Source of the DNA: an uncultured Candidatus Saccharibacteria bacterium
GTDB taxonomy: Bacteria; Patescibacteriota; Minisyncoccia; Minisyncoccales; Staskawiczbacteraceae
Assembly (NCBI GenBank): GCA_964424305.1
Contig: CAYRHW010000001.1
Coordinates: 71,947-135,946, forward strand
DNA length: 64,000 nucleotides
Direction: 5' to 3'
The translations under genes were made by a program, and so were the position numbers. The notes under the pieces are model-generated. The model was given only the letters and a program-made list of their open reading frames with translations. It was not told where the DNA came from and ran no database searches. Numbering within the stretch: position 1 is the stretch's first letter; every line of letters begins with the position of its first letter. This document shows positions 7,627 through 15,355 of this stretch, piece after piece.

Positions 7627-8835
7627 ATGAGAGAGAAGTTTAAAAAACCAAAAAATAATCTAGGAGCTGACAGCTTATTTTTTAATAATCCCCTGGCATA
7701 CATAGACGAAAAAGGAAGATTTATTTATAAGGCGAGCGGTTTTTTTCGTCTCGAAAAGATATATGGAGCTTCTTATGGTATAGCCGGTGAGGTTTCTAGA
7801 CCATTAGATTTTGATACTGTATATAAGTGGCCGAACTTGAAGCGGGATGGGTACGAACTGATAAGCGAGCCGAACGAAATAACTATTTGTGGGGGTGGCA
7901 AGGTTACAAGGATTGATAATGCCTTATCTTTTAAAGATATTGAAATAAAATTTAATAATCGGAAGGATTTAGTCAATTTGTGTTCTTATATTGATGACAA
8001 GAAATCTTCACTGGAAATCTTTATCAATGTTGCCAGCGTTCTATCTGAACAAGGAGAAATCGATTTTGCAAACGAACAGAACAATTACTTAAAAATTAAG
8101 TCTGAAAAAATAAGCTCGCTTTTAAGCTTCGGGTCTACTTTTATAATAAAAAATAAATCAATGGAAGTAAAAGGCGGGGATAGATATATTTTTGAAAGCG
8201 ATGAACTAATTGATCAGCTAACCATTTCAACGCTTCTATATTTTGCCAAGAAAGAGCACATACCATCTCACAATATATTAATAGCTCTTCTTTTGGACGG
8301 ATTAAAAAAATTTCTAAGAAGTTATACAGAAAACATTGATGAGTATGAAAAAGATATATTAACAAATGAGGCGTTAGAGTTAATAAGCCTTGTTATCCTA
8401 AATAAGAATAAGAGATTTGTGTTTAATCCAAATAATAGACAATCCTTACAGCATTATTTTTTTGGAACTGGTCATCCTGTTACGACCAATAAAGGTGGCT
8501 GGATACCTAAAATTCAGGAGTATTTGAAAGATAAAAATTTAGAGAAGCATAGGTTAAAGGAGGAAGCTACTGTGGTTGAGAGCAGAATTGAGGATAAAGA
8601 TTACGATAAAATATACAGTGATTGGGGTGCTTTTTTAAGAATGGACCAATCGGCCCAGACGGCATTAATAAAAGATAAAACTAAGGATTGGCCAGCAAAA
8701 GATCGGGATATATTGTATATGCATTATTTAGAGGGAAGTACCCTTGAAGATATTGGTAAAAAATATGGTGTAAAAAAAGCCCGAATTTCTCAGATTTTAA
8801 ACAAACTAGTAAAAAAACTAGGCACTATGCATTAA
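7627..8835 (+). CDS. Protein with C-terminal sigma-70 region-4-type HTH (element-encoded regulator or sigma-like factor)
   Basis: 402 aa; C-terminus DRDILYMHYLEGSTLEDIGKKYGVKKARISQILNKLVKKL matches the region 4.2 pattern. The N-terminal ~330 aa is unrecognised. Confidence 0.65.
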   Translation: MREKFKKPKNNLGADSLFFNNPLAYIDEKGRFIYKASGFFRLEKIYGASYGIAGEVSRPLDFDTVYKWPNLKRDGYELISEPNEITICGGGKVTRIDNALSFKDIEIKFNNRKDLVNLCSYIDDKKSSLEIFINVASVLSEQGEIDFANEQNNYLKIKSEKISSLLSFGSTFIIKNKSMEVKGGDRYIFESDELIDQLTISTLLYFAKKEHIPSHNILIALLLDGLKKFLRSYTENIDEYEKDILTNEALELISLVILNKNKRFVFNPNNRQSLQHYFFGTGHPVTTNKGGWIPKIQEYLKDKNLEKHRLKEEATVVESRIEDKDYDKIYSDWGAFLRMDQSAQTALIKDKTKDWPAKDRDILYMHYLEGSTLEDIGKKYGVKKARISQILNKLVKKLGTMH

Positions 8836-8871
8836 ACTTTTTCACATAACCCTCCATTTATTATACTAATA

Positions 8872-8896
8872 GCCCCATTTATTGGGGTTTTGTTTT
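8872..8896 (+). terminator. Rho-independent terminator
   Basis: GCCCCA-TTTAT-TGGGGT followed by TTTTGTTTTG. Confidence 0.6.
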
Positions 8897-9049
8897 GAAA
8901 AAAAATGGAGAATTATTCTACTTATACTGCGAGGCAGGGAGCGCATACTCCAAAAAACAACGCAATATTTGAAGTGGTGGTTCTAGCCTCAAGCTCACCA
9001 TACGAAGAGCGAAAAAAGAAAATGCAGAAATGGATTAATTATTTTTGCT

Positions 9050-9325
9050 TTGAATCAGGAGAAAGTATTAACGATGAGAAAAAATAAACCTATGCAACAA
9101 TACACCGGCCAGTTTCCAAAGTACGAATTTAGCGAAACCCAAAGACTTAATCCTTGCTGGAGCTCCCTAATTTGTTTTCACGAAGTAATCAAAAACAGAA
9201 AGGCGCTGCATCCACGCTTAATCAGAAAATGGTTTTATAAATTAGTTGATAAAGATGACTATGTAGTAAAAGACAAGGATGAAGTTTTAAGCTATGCCCT
9301 AAAGTTAGCGAGAGGCGAAGCATAG
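9050..9325 (+). CDS. Hypothetical protein (true start possibly at 9074, MRKNKPMQQ)
   Basis: 91-aa ORF with no recognisable motif; coding status supported only by length and context. Confidence 0.4.
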   Translation: MNQEKVLTMRKNKPMQQYTGQFPKYEFSETQRLNPCWSSLICFHEVIKNRKALHPRLIRKWFYKLVDKDDYVVKDKDEVLSYALKLARGEA

Positions 9326-9432
9326 GGGGGGGTGAATTCCCCTAATAAAAAAGACAAAATATGCCACCAGCAGGCAGAGAAACAGAATGGCGGTAAAAGG
9401 TACATCTAAACACCCTTTCCAGCCCAAAATCT

Positions 9433-9729
9433 ATGAAATTACAAAATTTAACAATAAGTGAAATTAATGTAATACCAGTTAAACCAAACGAGGGGCTAAT
9501 TGGATTTGCCTCTTTTGTTTTAGACGAAAGGTATTATGTTGGCTCGGTTGCAATCTATACAAGATTAGATGATTTTGGTTATAGGTTAGTTTATCCAACC
9601 AAAAAGGTAGGAGATAAAAATATAAATATCTTTCACCCCATTACCCAAGAAGTTGGCGGGGTTATTGAGGAAGAAGTAATAAAAAAATTAAGTGAAATAT
9701 TTGATGAAGATTATGGACACAGAAAATAA
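9433..9729 (+). CDS. spoVG: SpoVG-family nucleic-acid-binding protein
   Basis: 98 aa; pattern I.V.PVK..EGLIGFASFVLDE.YYVGSVAIYTR.D...YRLVYPTKK....INIFHPIT matches SpoVG (MK..V.I......LKA.ASV.LD..F.V.......G..GLFV.MP). Confidence 0.8.
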   Translation: MKLQNLTISEINVIPVKPNEGLIGFASFVLDERYYVGSVAIYTRLDDFGYRLVYPTKKVGDKNINIFHPITQEVGGVIEEEVIKKLSEIFDEDYGHRK

Positions 9730-10771
9730 CAAAAAATTAAGTGAGGGACTAGAAGAGTTTGTAAAAGAGATTGCATATAATAATTTAGTTCCTACTGGTT
9801 GGGAGGTTATAAAAGGTGAACATCTTTTGAAAATGGAAATATCAAAACGAGAATTTCTGATAGATGGTCTTCTTCCATCTCAGGGGATCATCATTTTATC
9901 CGGTAACCCCGGCTGTGGTAAAAGTTGGCTGGCAATTGAGATCGCAAGGGTTATCTCTTCGGCCAGCTCTTCATTGTTCAATAAATTTGAAGCCAAAGAC
10001 GGCTCTGTACTTTATATTGATGAAGAATCAAATATTCAAGAAATGCAAAGGAGGTGGAAGGCGTTGGGAGCAGATATTCTTTCGTTTACTGATTTTACGT
10101 TCCTTCGTGGGTTTAAAATTGATAATAGAGAGGAAAGAGAAAAATTACTAGATTTTGTTAGCCACAAAAAATACTGTTTAGTTATTTTTGATAGTTTAAG
10201 AGATATCCATAGTAAGAATGAGAATGACTCCCAACAGGCGCAGGAGTTGATAGATTATTTTCGTGAACTAATAAAAATGGGCTCTACTGTATTAATTTTG
10301 CATCACAACAGAAAAGAGAGTTTTCTTAATTCTAAAGATCCTTCTCAATTATTGCGTGGCTCAACAGCTATTTTAGCGGGCCTAGATTGTTTAATTTCGG
10401 TTGAAAGCAAAAAAATAAATGACCGGGTTATTGAGTTCACTATAAGTCAACCAAAATTAAGACAGGGGAAACCAGTATCCCCATTCAAATTAAATCTAGT
10501 TGAAGAGGAGGGTAAGATAAAATTTGAGTATGTGGGAGAGATAGAAGAAGAGGCTACAAAACTTCAGAAGGCCAAAGAGGCTATACTAGAACTTCTTAAA
10601 GACGGAGAGAAATATCACGGTGAAATCGTCCAAACCCTAATCTCGCTTTACTTTGCAGAGAGAACAACCAATAGAGCCATAAAAGAACTAAAGGAAGGCA
10701 AAAATATCCAACCAAGAAAGGATGGCAAGAAGATTTATTACACTATTGGTGCCATGGTGCCAAGTGATTAG
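9692..10771 (+). CDS. RecA-fold AAA_25/RepA-like replicative ATPase with C-terminal wHTH (start may be 9713, MDTENN)
   Basis: Walker A LSGNPGCGKSWLAIEIA, Walker B VLYIDEE, VIFDSLRD, LILHHNRK. This is typical of plasmid/phage RepA/DnaB-like helicase loaders. C-terminal winged-helix-like region. Confidence 0.75.
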   Translation: MKYLMKIMDTENNKKLSEGLEEFVKEIAYNNLVPTGWEVIKGEHLLKMEISKREFLIDGLLPSQGIIILSGNPGCGKSWLAIEIARVISSASSSLFNKFEAKDGSVLYIDEESNIQEMQRRWKALGADILSFTDFTFLRGFKIDNREEREKLLDFVSHKKYCLVIFDSLRDIHSKNENDSQQAQELIDYFRELIKMGSTVLILHHNRKESFLNSKDPSQLLRGSTAILAGLDCLISVESKKINDRVIEFTISQPKLRQGKPVSPFKLNLVEEEGKIKFEYVGEIEEEATKLQKAKEAILELLKDGEKYHGEIVQTLISLYFAERTTNRAIKELKEGKNIQPRKDGKKIYYTIGAMVPSD

Positions 10772-10928
10772 TGCCAATGGCACACGTTCACCCTTAAAAC
10801 CTTCTAAAGAAAGGTGGGGATTAGTGCCAAACACCCCCTTTAGGGGGTTGGCAGTAATACCTTTCTTAGAGGGTTAAATAAATTAATTATAAAGGGCGCC
10901 CGTCCTTTAAACCAAAGGTTGGTGCCAA
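10749..10928 (+). repeat. Five GTGCCA(A/T) iteron-like repeats plus hairpins (candidate element origin or regulatory region)
   Basis: GTGCCAT 10749, GTGCCAA 10757, 10771, 10824 and 10922. GTGCCAATGGCAC is a near-palindrome (10771-10783). CCCCC-TTTA-GGGGG hairpin at 10834-10847. Confidence 0.45.
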
Positions 10929-10935
10929 ACAATAA

Positions 10936-11568
10936 ATGGAAAAAGAAATACAAAAAGAAGAGAACAAGTTATTAATTAAAAAATATACGCCAGAGAAGGC
11001 CAAAGAGTTTGTTGTGGATTGTTTTGTGCTCCCCGGAATAGATGCGAACCATAATTTAAGAATTATTGCCAATGAAATAATGCCAAAGTTTTTCAGCGAT
11101 AATAAGGAAGAACAGGAAGAGGGGCAAAAGAGAATAAATGAAATTTCCTTAAATGTTCTAAGGGCTTTTGAGACTGAAACTTATATAGGATTGATGGAGG
11201 CAGTTAGCGAACAATACAGATCTTTAGCCAAAGAACTAACCATTCAAATTATTAAAGATTACGCTTGCAAAACAAGCATAGAAAAACTTATTGCTGAGGA
11301 TGTTGTTCATTCATATATTAAGGTGCTTGATAGTTCACGAAGATTAAATAGTCAGCTTAATAGCGGAAATACAACCTCACTTTTAAATACATATATGGGC
11401 ATACTGAGTAAACAGGCAGACAGAGCCCATAGGCAATTCCTTAATGCCCTAATGACACTTAAGCAAATAAAGACTCCCTTAATTGAAATGAATATAAAAA
11501 CAAATAATGCTTTTGTTGCTCAAAACCAACAAATTAATGCAGACAAGAAAATCAATGAAGCTAAATGA
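10936..11568 (+). CDS. Hypothetical protein (helical)
   Basis: 210-aa ORF with no diagnostic motif; co-directional and adjacent to the replication module. Confidence 0.55.
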   Translation: MEKEIQKEENKLLIKKYTPEKAKEFVVDCFVLPGIDANHNLRIIANEIMPKFFSDNKEEQEEGQKRINEISLNVLRAFETETYIGLMEAVSEQYRSLAKELTIQIIKDYACKTSIEKLIAEDVVHSYIKVLDSSRRLNSQLNSGNTTSLLNTYMGILSKQADRAHRQFLNALMTLKQIKTPLIEMNIKTNNAFVAQNQQINADKKINEAK

Positions 11569-11890
11569 TTTAGGAAATAAATTATTAGTTGAGAACTGCC
11601 AAAAGATCTCTATTAATACCTTTTCCAGACAAGCAAATAAAAAACTAAAAGAGATGTTTTTATCTTCCCAATTTGAGATAACAAGCAGGAATATTGAGCT
11701 CACTACCTCTAGTGTTCATTTTGGTGGTATCAGGTATTGGTTTAAATGCCCCTTGTGCGAGAAAAAGATGGGAACCCTATTTATTCACCCCCTTAACCAA
11801 CAGGTCGGCTGTAGGGGCTGTTTAGGGCTTGAGTATAGAAAAAGAAGATATAAAGGAATGGTTGAGGGAGAGGTTATCAACACCACTTAG
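11555..11890 (+). CDS. Zinc-ribbon protein
   Basis: Start set at MKLNDLGNK (overlaps the upstream stop by 14 nt). CPLC...GCRGC four-Cys motif. Confidence 0.5.
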   Translation: MKLNDLGNKLLVENCQKISINTFSRQANKKLKEMFLSSQFEITSRNIELTTSSVHFGGIRYWFKCPLCEKKMGTLFIHPLNQQVGCRGCLGLEYRKRRYKGMVEGEVINTT

Positions 11891-12072
11891 CACATAACCA
11901 AAAAGCCCTCCGTTTTGGAGAGGACTTAGTGGGAGCTGTTAAATTGTACTTTTTATCATTTCAAATACTCCAGGATAAATCCAACTTACTACTTTAACGG
12001 AAACAAACGGAAATAAAAACAGCAGGAAAATTGTTAAAATTATTGTGTAAATTATTTTCTTGAAAGACACTT

Positions 12073-12411
12073 TTAAAACTTAAAAATAAAACCCAGTATG
12101 GCTATCACGATAAGGACAAGGATTAGATATAGCAATGGACCAAGCCAAAAGGTAAGAAAACCTACTCCTATACCCAAACCCACCTTTCCTGCTTTCTCCG
12201 CCAGACTGTCTTTCTTGTTTCTCTGTCCATTATACTGGTTGTGCTTAACATAATATCTAGTAGCCACCACCTTAAAAACATGCCTCGCCTCTTCTTCGTT
12301 CAGTCCACCTTCAATTAATTTATTTACCCATTCGGATTTGTTAGTCGGATTAAATGAATAGTCTGCAAACAACTTTTCGGTAGCAACCTTAATGTTTTCT
12401 TTTTCTTCCAT
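12073..12411 (-). CDS. Membrane-anchored hypothetical protein
   Basis: 112 aa with a C-terminal double TM (VGLGIGVGFLTFWLGPLLYLILVLIVIAILGFIF). Confidence 0.55.
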   Translation of the reverse strand: MEEKENIKVATEKLFADYSFNPTNKSEWVNKLIEGGLNEEEARHVFKVVATRYYVKHNQYNGQRNKKDSLAEKAGKVGLGIGVGFLTFWLGPLLYLILVLIVIAILGFIFKF

Positions 12412-12415
12412 AAAT

Positions 12416-12715
12416 TTATTTTTTAATCTTGGATTTGAATGGACTCATAAGGACATTACCTATCATTTGCGGTAGCGGAATAAATGCAGAGGCATAATAA
12501 ATAATAACTCCCAAAAAAGCCACTTTCCAATTTATAAATAAAATAGCTATCCACGTTCCTATGCCAATCCAATAAAAAAGTAATGTCCACTTAGGAAGAT
12601 TTGGCTCATTTGTTGGAATATCCCCAAACTTTTTAGCTTTTGCTAAATCTAAATCAAAAAGAATTATTGATAATGATAGAAAGAATAAGATGACTAACAG
12701 AATTAATATATCCAT
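12416..12715 (-). CDS. Small integral membrane protein
   Basis: 99 aa, three hydrophobic segments. Confidence 0.55.
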   Translation of the reverse strand: MDILILLVILFFLSLSIILFDLDLAKAKKFGDIPTNEPNLPKWTLLFYWIGIGTWIAILFINWKVAFLGVIIYYASAFIPLPQMIGNVLMSPFKSKIKK

Positions 12716-12725
12716 AGATTATAAA

Positions 12726-12896
12726 TTATTTACTAAACTTGTCGTATTCTTTCTGGGTCATTGGTTTATAGATTGCCTCTACCAGCTGAATAAGCTTGCT
12801 ACCACTTTCTTGAGCCTTCTCGTCTGAAATGTCTTCTCCGAATTTCCTCTTCCAGATTCGTTTAAATTCATCTAGCCGTTCTTTAGAGATTATCAT
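12726..12896 (-). CDS. 56-aa hypothetical protein (paralog of 6358-6528); absent from ORF track
   Basis: Reverse strand from ATG (12896) to TAA (12726-12728): MIISKERLDEFKRIWKRKFGEDISDEKAQESGSKLIQLVEAIYKPMTQKEYDKFSK. Confidence 0.55.
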   Translation of the reverse strand: MIISKERLDEFKRIWKRKFGEDISDEKAQESGSKLIQLVEAIYKPMTQKEYDKFSK

Positions 12897-12899
12897 AGG

Positions 12900-13061
12900 T
12901 TATTTTTTATTTTCTATTTCTTCACAAAAAAAGAACCCGAGCCAAAAATATGCAAAAATTATAAAGCATGTCCCAAAGGTGAAATAACCGTTTCCAACAC
13001 CGATTAGAGAAAATGGAGCGAGACTAATAGGAAGATATAAAATTAGATTTATAGCTTTCAT
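12900..13061 (-). CDS. 53-aa small membrane protein (tentative)
   Basis: Reverse-strand ORF MKAINLILYLPISLAPFSLIGVGNGYFTFGTCFIIFAYFWLGFFFCEEIENKK. It fills the gap between flanking co-directional genes. Confidence 0.35.
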   Translation of the reverse strand: MKAINLILYLPISLAPFSLIGVGNGYFTFGTCFIIFAYFWLGFFFCEEIENKK

Positions 13062-13065
13062 GGAT

Positions 13066-13296
13066 TTATTTGGTTTTGTGCTTCATTATCATGATGCCGA
13101 TAGCAATTAACATTGCTCCAACTGAAATAGCCATAAGAACATCTTCTGAATAATAATAGTAATTAGCGCTACCACCGAATGTATGATAAAAATTAAAGGC
13201 ATTATAAGAAAAAACCCCAATTCCTATTATTGTTAGTAACTCTCCTAAATACTTCTTGATAAATACTGTTATTTTATTCGTTGTTATTTTATCCAT
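13066..13296 (-). CDS. Small membrane protein (2 TM)
   Basis: 76 aa; LLTIIGIGVFSYNAF and AISVGAMLIAIGIMIM. Confidence 0.5.
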   Translation of the reverse strand: MDKITTNKITVFIKKYLGELLTIIGIGVFSYNAFNFYHTFGGSANYYYYSEDVLMAISVGAMLIAIGIMIMKHKTK

Positions 13297-13300
13297 ATAT

Positions 13301-13474
13301 TTATTTCTTATGTTTCTTAATAAAACTATTCAGATCTTTTCCATCAATACGAAAATGCTGGTCAGTCAACTTAAGAACCTTGAGCCTTTTGGACTCAATA
13401 TAACGATAGATAGTCTTCTTACTTACACGGAGGTAGTCAGCAACCTCTTGTATGGTTAGAAATTTGTTAGACAT
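13301..13474 (-). CDS. Excisionase-family (MerR-like) HTH DNA-binding protein
   Basis: Start set at MSNKFLTIQEVADYLRVSKKTIYRYIESKRLKVLKLTDQHFRIDGKDLNSFI, the canonical Xis-type HTH pattern. Divergent from the integrase. Confidence 0.75.
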   Translation of the reverse strand: MSNKFLTIQEVADYLRVSKKTIYRYIESKRLKVLKLTDQHFRIDGKDLNSFIKKHKK

Positions 13475-13558
13475 TAATTCAATATAATACCAATGGAAAC
13501 AACAATCAATACCTGTCCACACTTGACACGCCATCTCAACACGAGGTACAATTAAACC

Positions 13559-13664
13559 GTTGAAGATAATAACCAGATTCTATAGTTATTTATTTTATAA
13601 AACTATATAATAACTACGGGGACGGAACTGGTTATCTTCAACAAATAACTATAGATTCCGTCCC
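13559..13664. promoter_or_regulatory. Interleaved inverted repeats in the xis-like/integrase divergent intergenic region
   Basis: A GTTGAAGATAATAACCAG (13559-13576) vs A' CTGGTTATCTTCAAC (13628-13642). B TCTATAGTTATTT (13579-13591) vs B' AAATAACTATAGA (13643-13655). C GGGACGGAA (13619-13627) vs C' TTCCGTCCC (13656-13664). Confidence 0.5.
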
Positions 13665-13681
13665 TTTTAGTTTATAAAAAT

Positions 13682-15355
13682 ATGAAAACAACATTACAAA
13701 ACTATAATATAGGTCAAGGAGTGACCCTCAAAACTAAAAGAGCGGCGATTTATATTAGATGCTCATCAGATGAAGCTGGGAAGGAAGGATACAGCCCTCA
13801 AACACAACGAGATAAAACAATGGATTTTATCAGAGCAAACAATTACCAAATAAATGAAAGATTTATTTATACAGATATTGGCTGCTCAGGGAGCACGGAC
13901 AAAAGACCAGACTTCCAAAGATTTTTAAAAGACGCTAAAAACAAAGAATTTGATGTGGCTGTCGTTTATAGAATGGATAGGTTTTTTAGAAACCTGAGGC
14001 TGCTTTTAAACACCGTGGCCGAGCTCAGAGACATCGGAATAGAGTTTAAGTCAGTAACAGAGCCCTTTGATACTTCAACTCCCACAGGAAGGGCAATGTT
14101 TGCGAATGCGGGTGTCTTTGCAGAGTGGATGAGAGAGGTTGGGTTAGAATCAAGGAATGAGGGGATGGTGAAAGCAATGAAAGAAGGTAAATATTTAGGC
14201 GGAACCCCTCCCTATGGATGTAAAATTAACAAAGAAACACAAAAATTAGAGATTGAAAAAAACGAAATTAAGGTAGTAAAGATGATATTTGGATGGCTTG
14301 TGGACGAAGGGCTGAGCGAGTATAAAATACAGCAAAGGTTAAATACAATGAAAGTTCCTACTAAGTTTGATTTAGTGGGAAGGAAAAAGAAAACTGGGAG
14401 TACGTGCTGGTGGAATAGAAAAACCGTAGACAGGGTATTGAGCAATGAAGTATACACAGGAACATTCTACTACAGAAAATATTTACATCCTGGCAGGACA
14501 AGAAATGAAAATAATTTTAGACCCAAGGAGGATTGGATAAAGGTTGAAGATAAGTCTCTAATGGTTATATCTAGGGAAAGATTTGAAAGAGGACAAAAAC
14601 AATTAAAAAAGAACAAAGAACAGGCGGCTAGAAACACAAAAGAATTATACGCCCTACAACATAAAATAGTCTGTGGTGTGGATGGTTACAGATACCAGTG
14701 CGGGATTAGGCGCTACCAATCAACAAAAACTGGCAATAAAAGATCAACTAAATATTACTTTTGTGTGGGTACAAGATCATATATGGCCGCCAGAAGGTGC
14801 CACGTCCCGACAATAAGTGAATCCAGGATAATACCACCCGTGTGGAATAAATTAAAAGAAATTTTTCTCAACCCAGAAATAGTTCTAAAAGAAATTGAGA
14901 CCTGTAAAAACCAAAATGCCGGGAGTAGTGTGTCTGATCGGCTAGAGATTGTTAAAAAAGAGCTTGCCTCCCAAGAAGAAAAGAAAGAAAGATATGCTGA
15001 ATTATATGCAGAGAAATCTATCAATAAAAATTTCTATGATAAAAAAATAAAAGAATGCACCGATAAAGCTGAAAAAATGCAAGAAGAGGGAATAAGGCTG
15101 GGAAGACTTGCAACATCTGAAGACGAGAAAAAAACTCAATTAATGTCTATAATAGAACTTTATGGGCGATTGAAAAATGGACTTGAAAATGCTACCTATG
15201 AGCTAAAGAGAGAAATTCTCCAGGACCTAGTAGAAAGGGTTGTAAAAACCGATAATAAGCTTGAAATAGAATTCCTTATACCGTTATTAGGAGAAAGGGA
15301 CCAGGAGAATCAGTCGGGTTGTAGTGACAACCCAAGAATGGATAGAAATATATAA
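13682..15355 (+). CDS. Large serine recombinase (integrase)
   Basis: 557 aa. N-terminal resolvase domain AAIYIRCSSDEAGKEGYSPQTQRD with catalytic Ser and VVYRMDRFFRN; recombinase domain; Cys-rich zinc ribbon (C..DGYRYQC...YYFC); C-terminal coiled coil. The stop lies 12 nt beyond the attR core. Confidence 0.95.
   Translation: MKTTLQNYNIGQGVTLKTKRAAIYIRCSSDEAGKEGYSPQTQRDKTMDFIRANNYQINERFIYTDIGCSGSTDKRPDFQRFLKDAKNKEFDVAVVYRMDRFFRNLRLLLNTVAELRDIGIEFKSVTEPFDTSTPTGRAMFANAGVFAEWMREVGLESRNEGMVKAMKEGKYLGGTPPYGCKINKETQKLEIEKNEIKVVKMIFGWLVDEGLSEYKIQQRLNTMKVPTKFDLVGRKKKTGSTCWWNRKTVDRVLSNEVYTGTFYYRKYLHPGRTRNENNFRPKEDWIKVEDKSLMVISRERFERGQKQLKKNKEQAARNTKELYALQHKIVCGVDGYRYQCGIRRYQSTKTGNKRSTKYYFCVGTRSYMAARRCHVPTISESRIIPPVWNKLKEIFLNPEIVLKEIETCKNQNAGSSVSDRLEIVKKELASQEEKKERYAELYAEKSINKNFYDKKIKECTDKAEKMQEEGIRLGRLATSEDEKKTQLMSIIELYGRLKNGLENATYELKREILQDLVERVVKTDNKLEIEFLIPLLGERDQENQSGCSDNPRMDRNI

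Larger units (their letters stand above)
1766..15343 (+). mobile_element. Integrated ~13.6-kb element (serine-recombinase integrative element or degenerate prophage) inserted in the comEA-LTD gene
   Basis: Bounded by identical GAATGGAT cores at 1766-1773 and 15336-15343, in the same codon phase of the split host gene. The large serine recombinase gene abuts the right junction, with an Xis-type HTH, RepA-like ATPase and SpoVG inside. Confidence 0.8.

Noticed and set aside
8843-8851. CACATAACC motif occurring just after two stop codons (8843 and 11891), both followed by CCCTCC
   Set aside because: It is too short, with only two copies. It could be a shared terminator flavour or chance and is not reportable as a repeat family.
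8905-9087. 60-aa ORF MENYSTYTARQGAHTPKNN...
   Set aside because: It has no RBS or motif support and overlaps the next ORF. It starts just after a terminator. Coding status is undecidable by eye.
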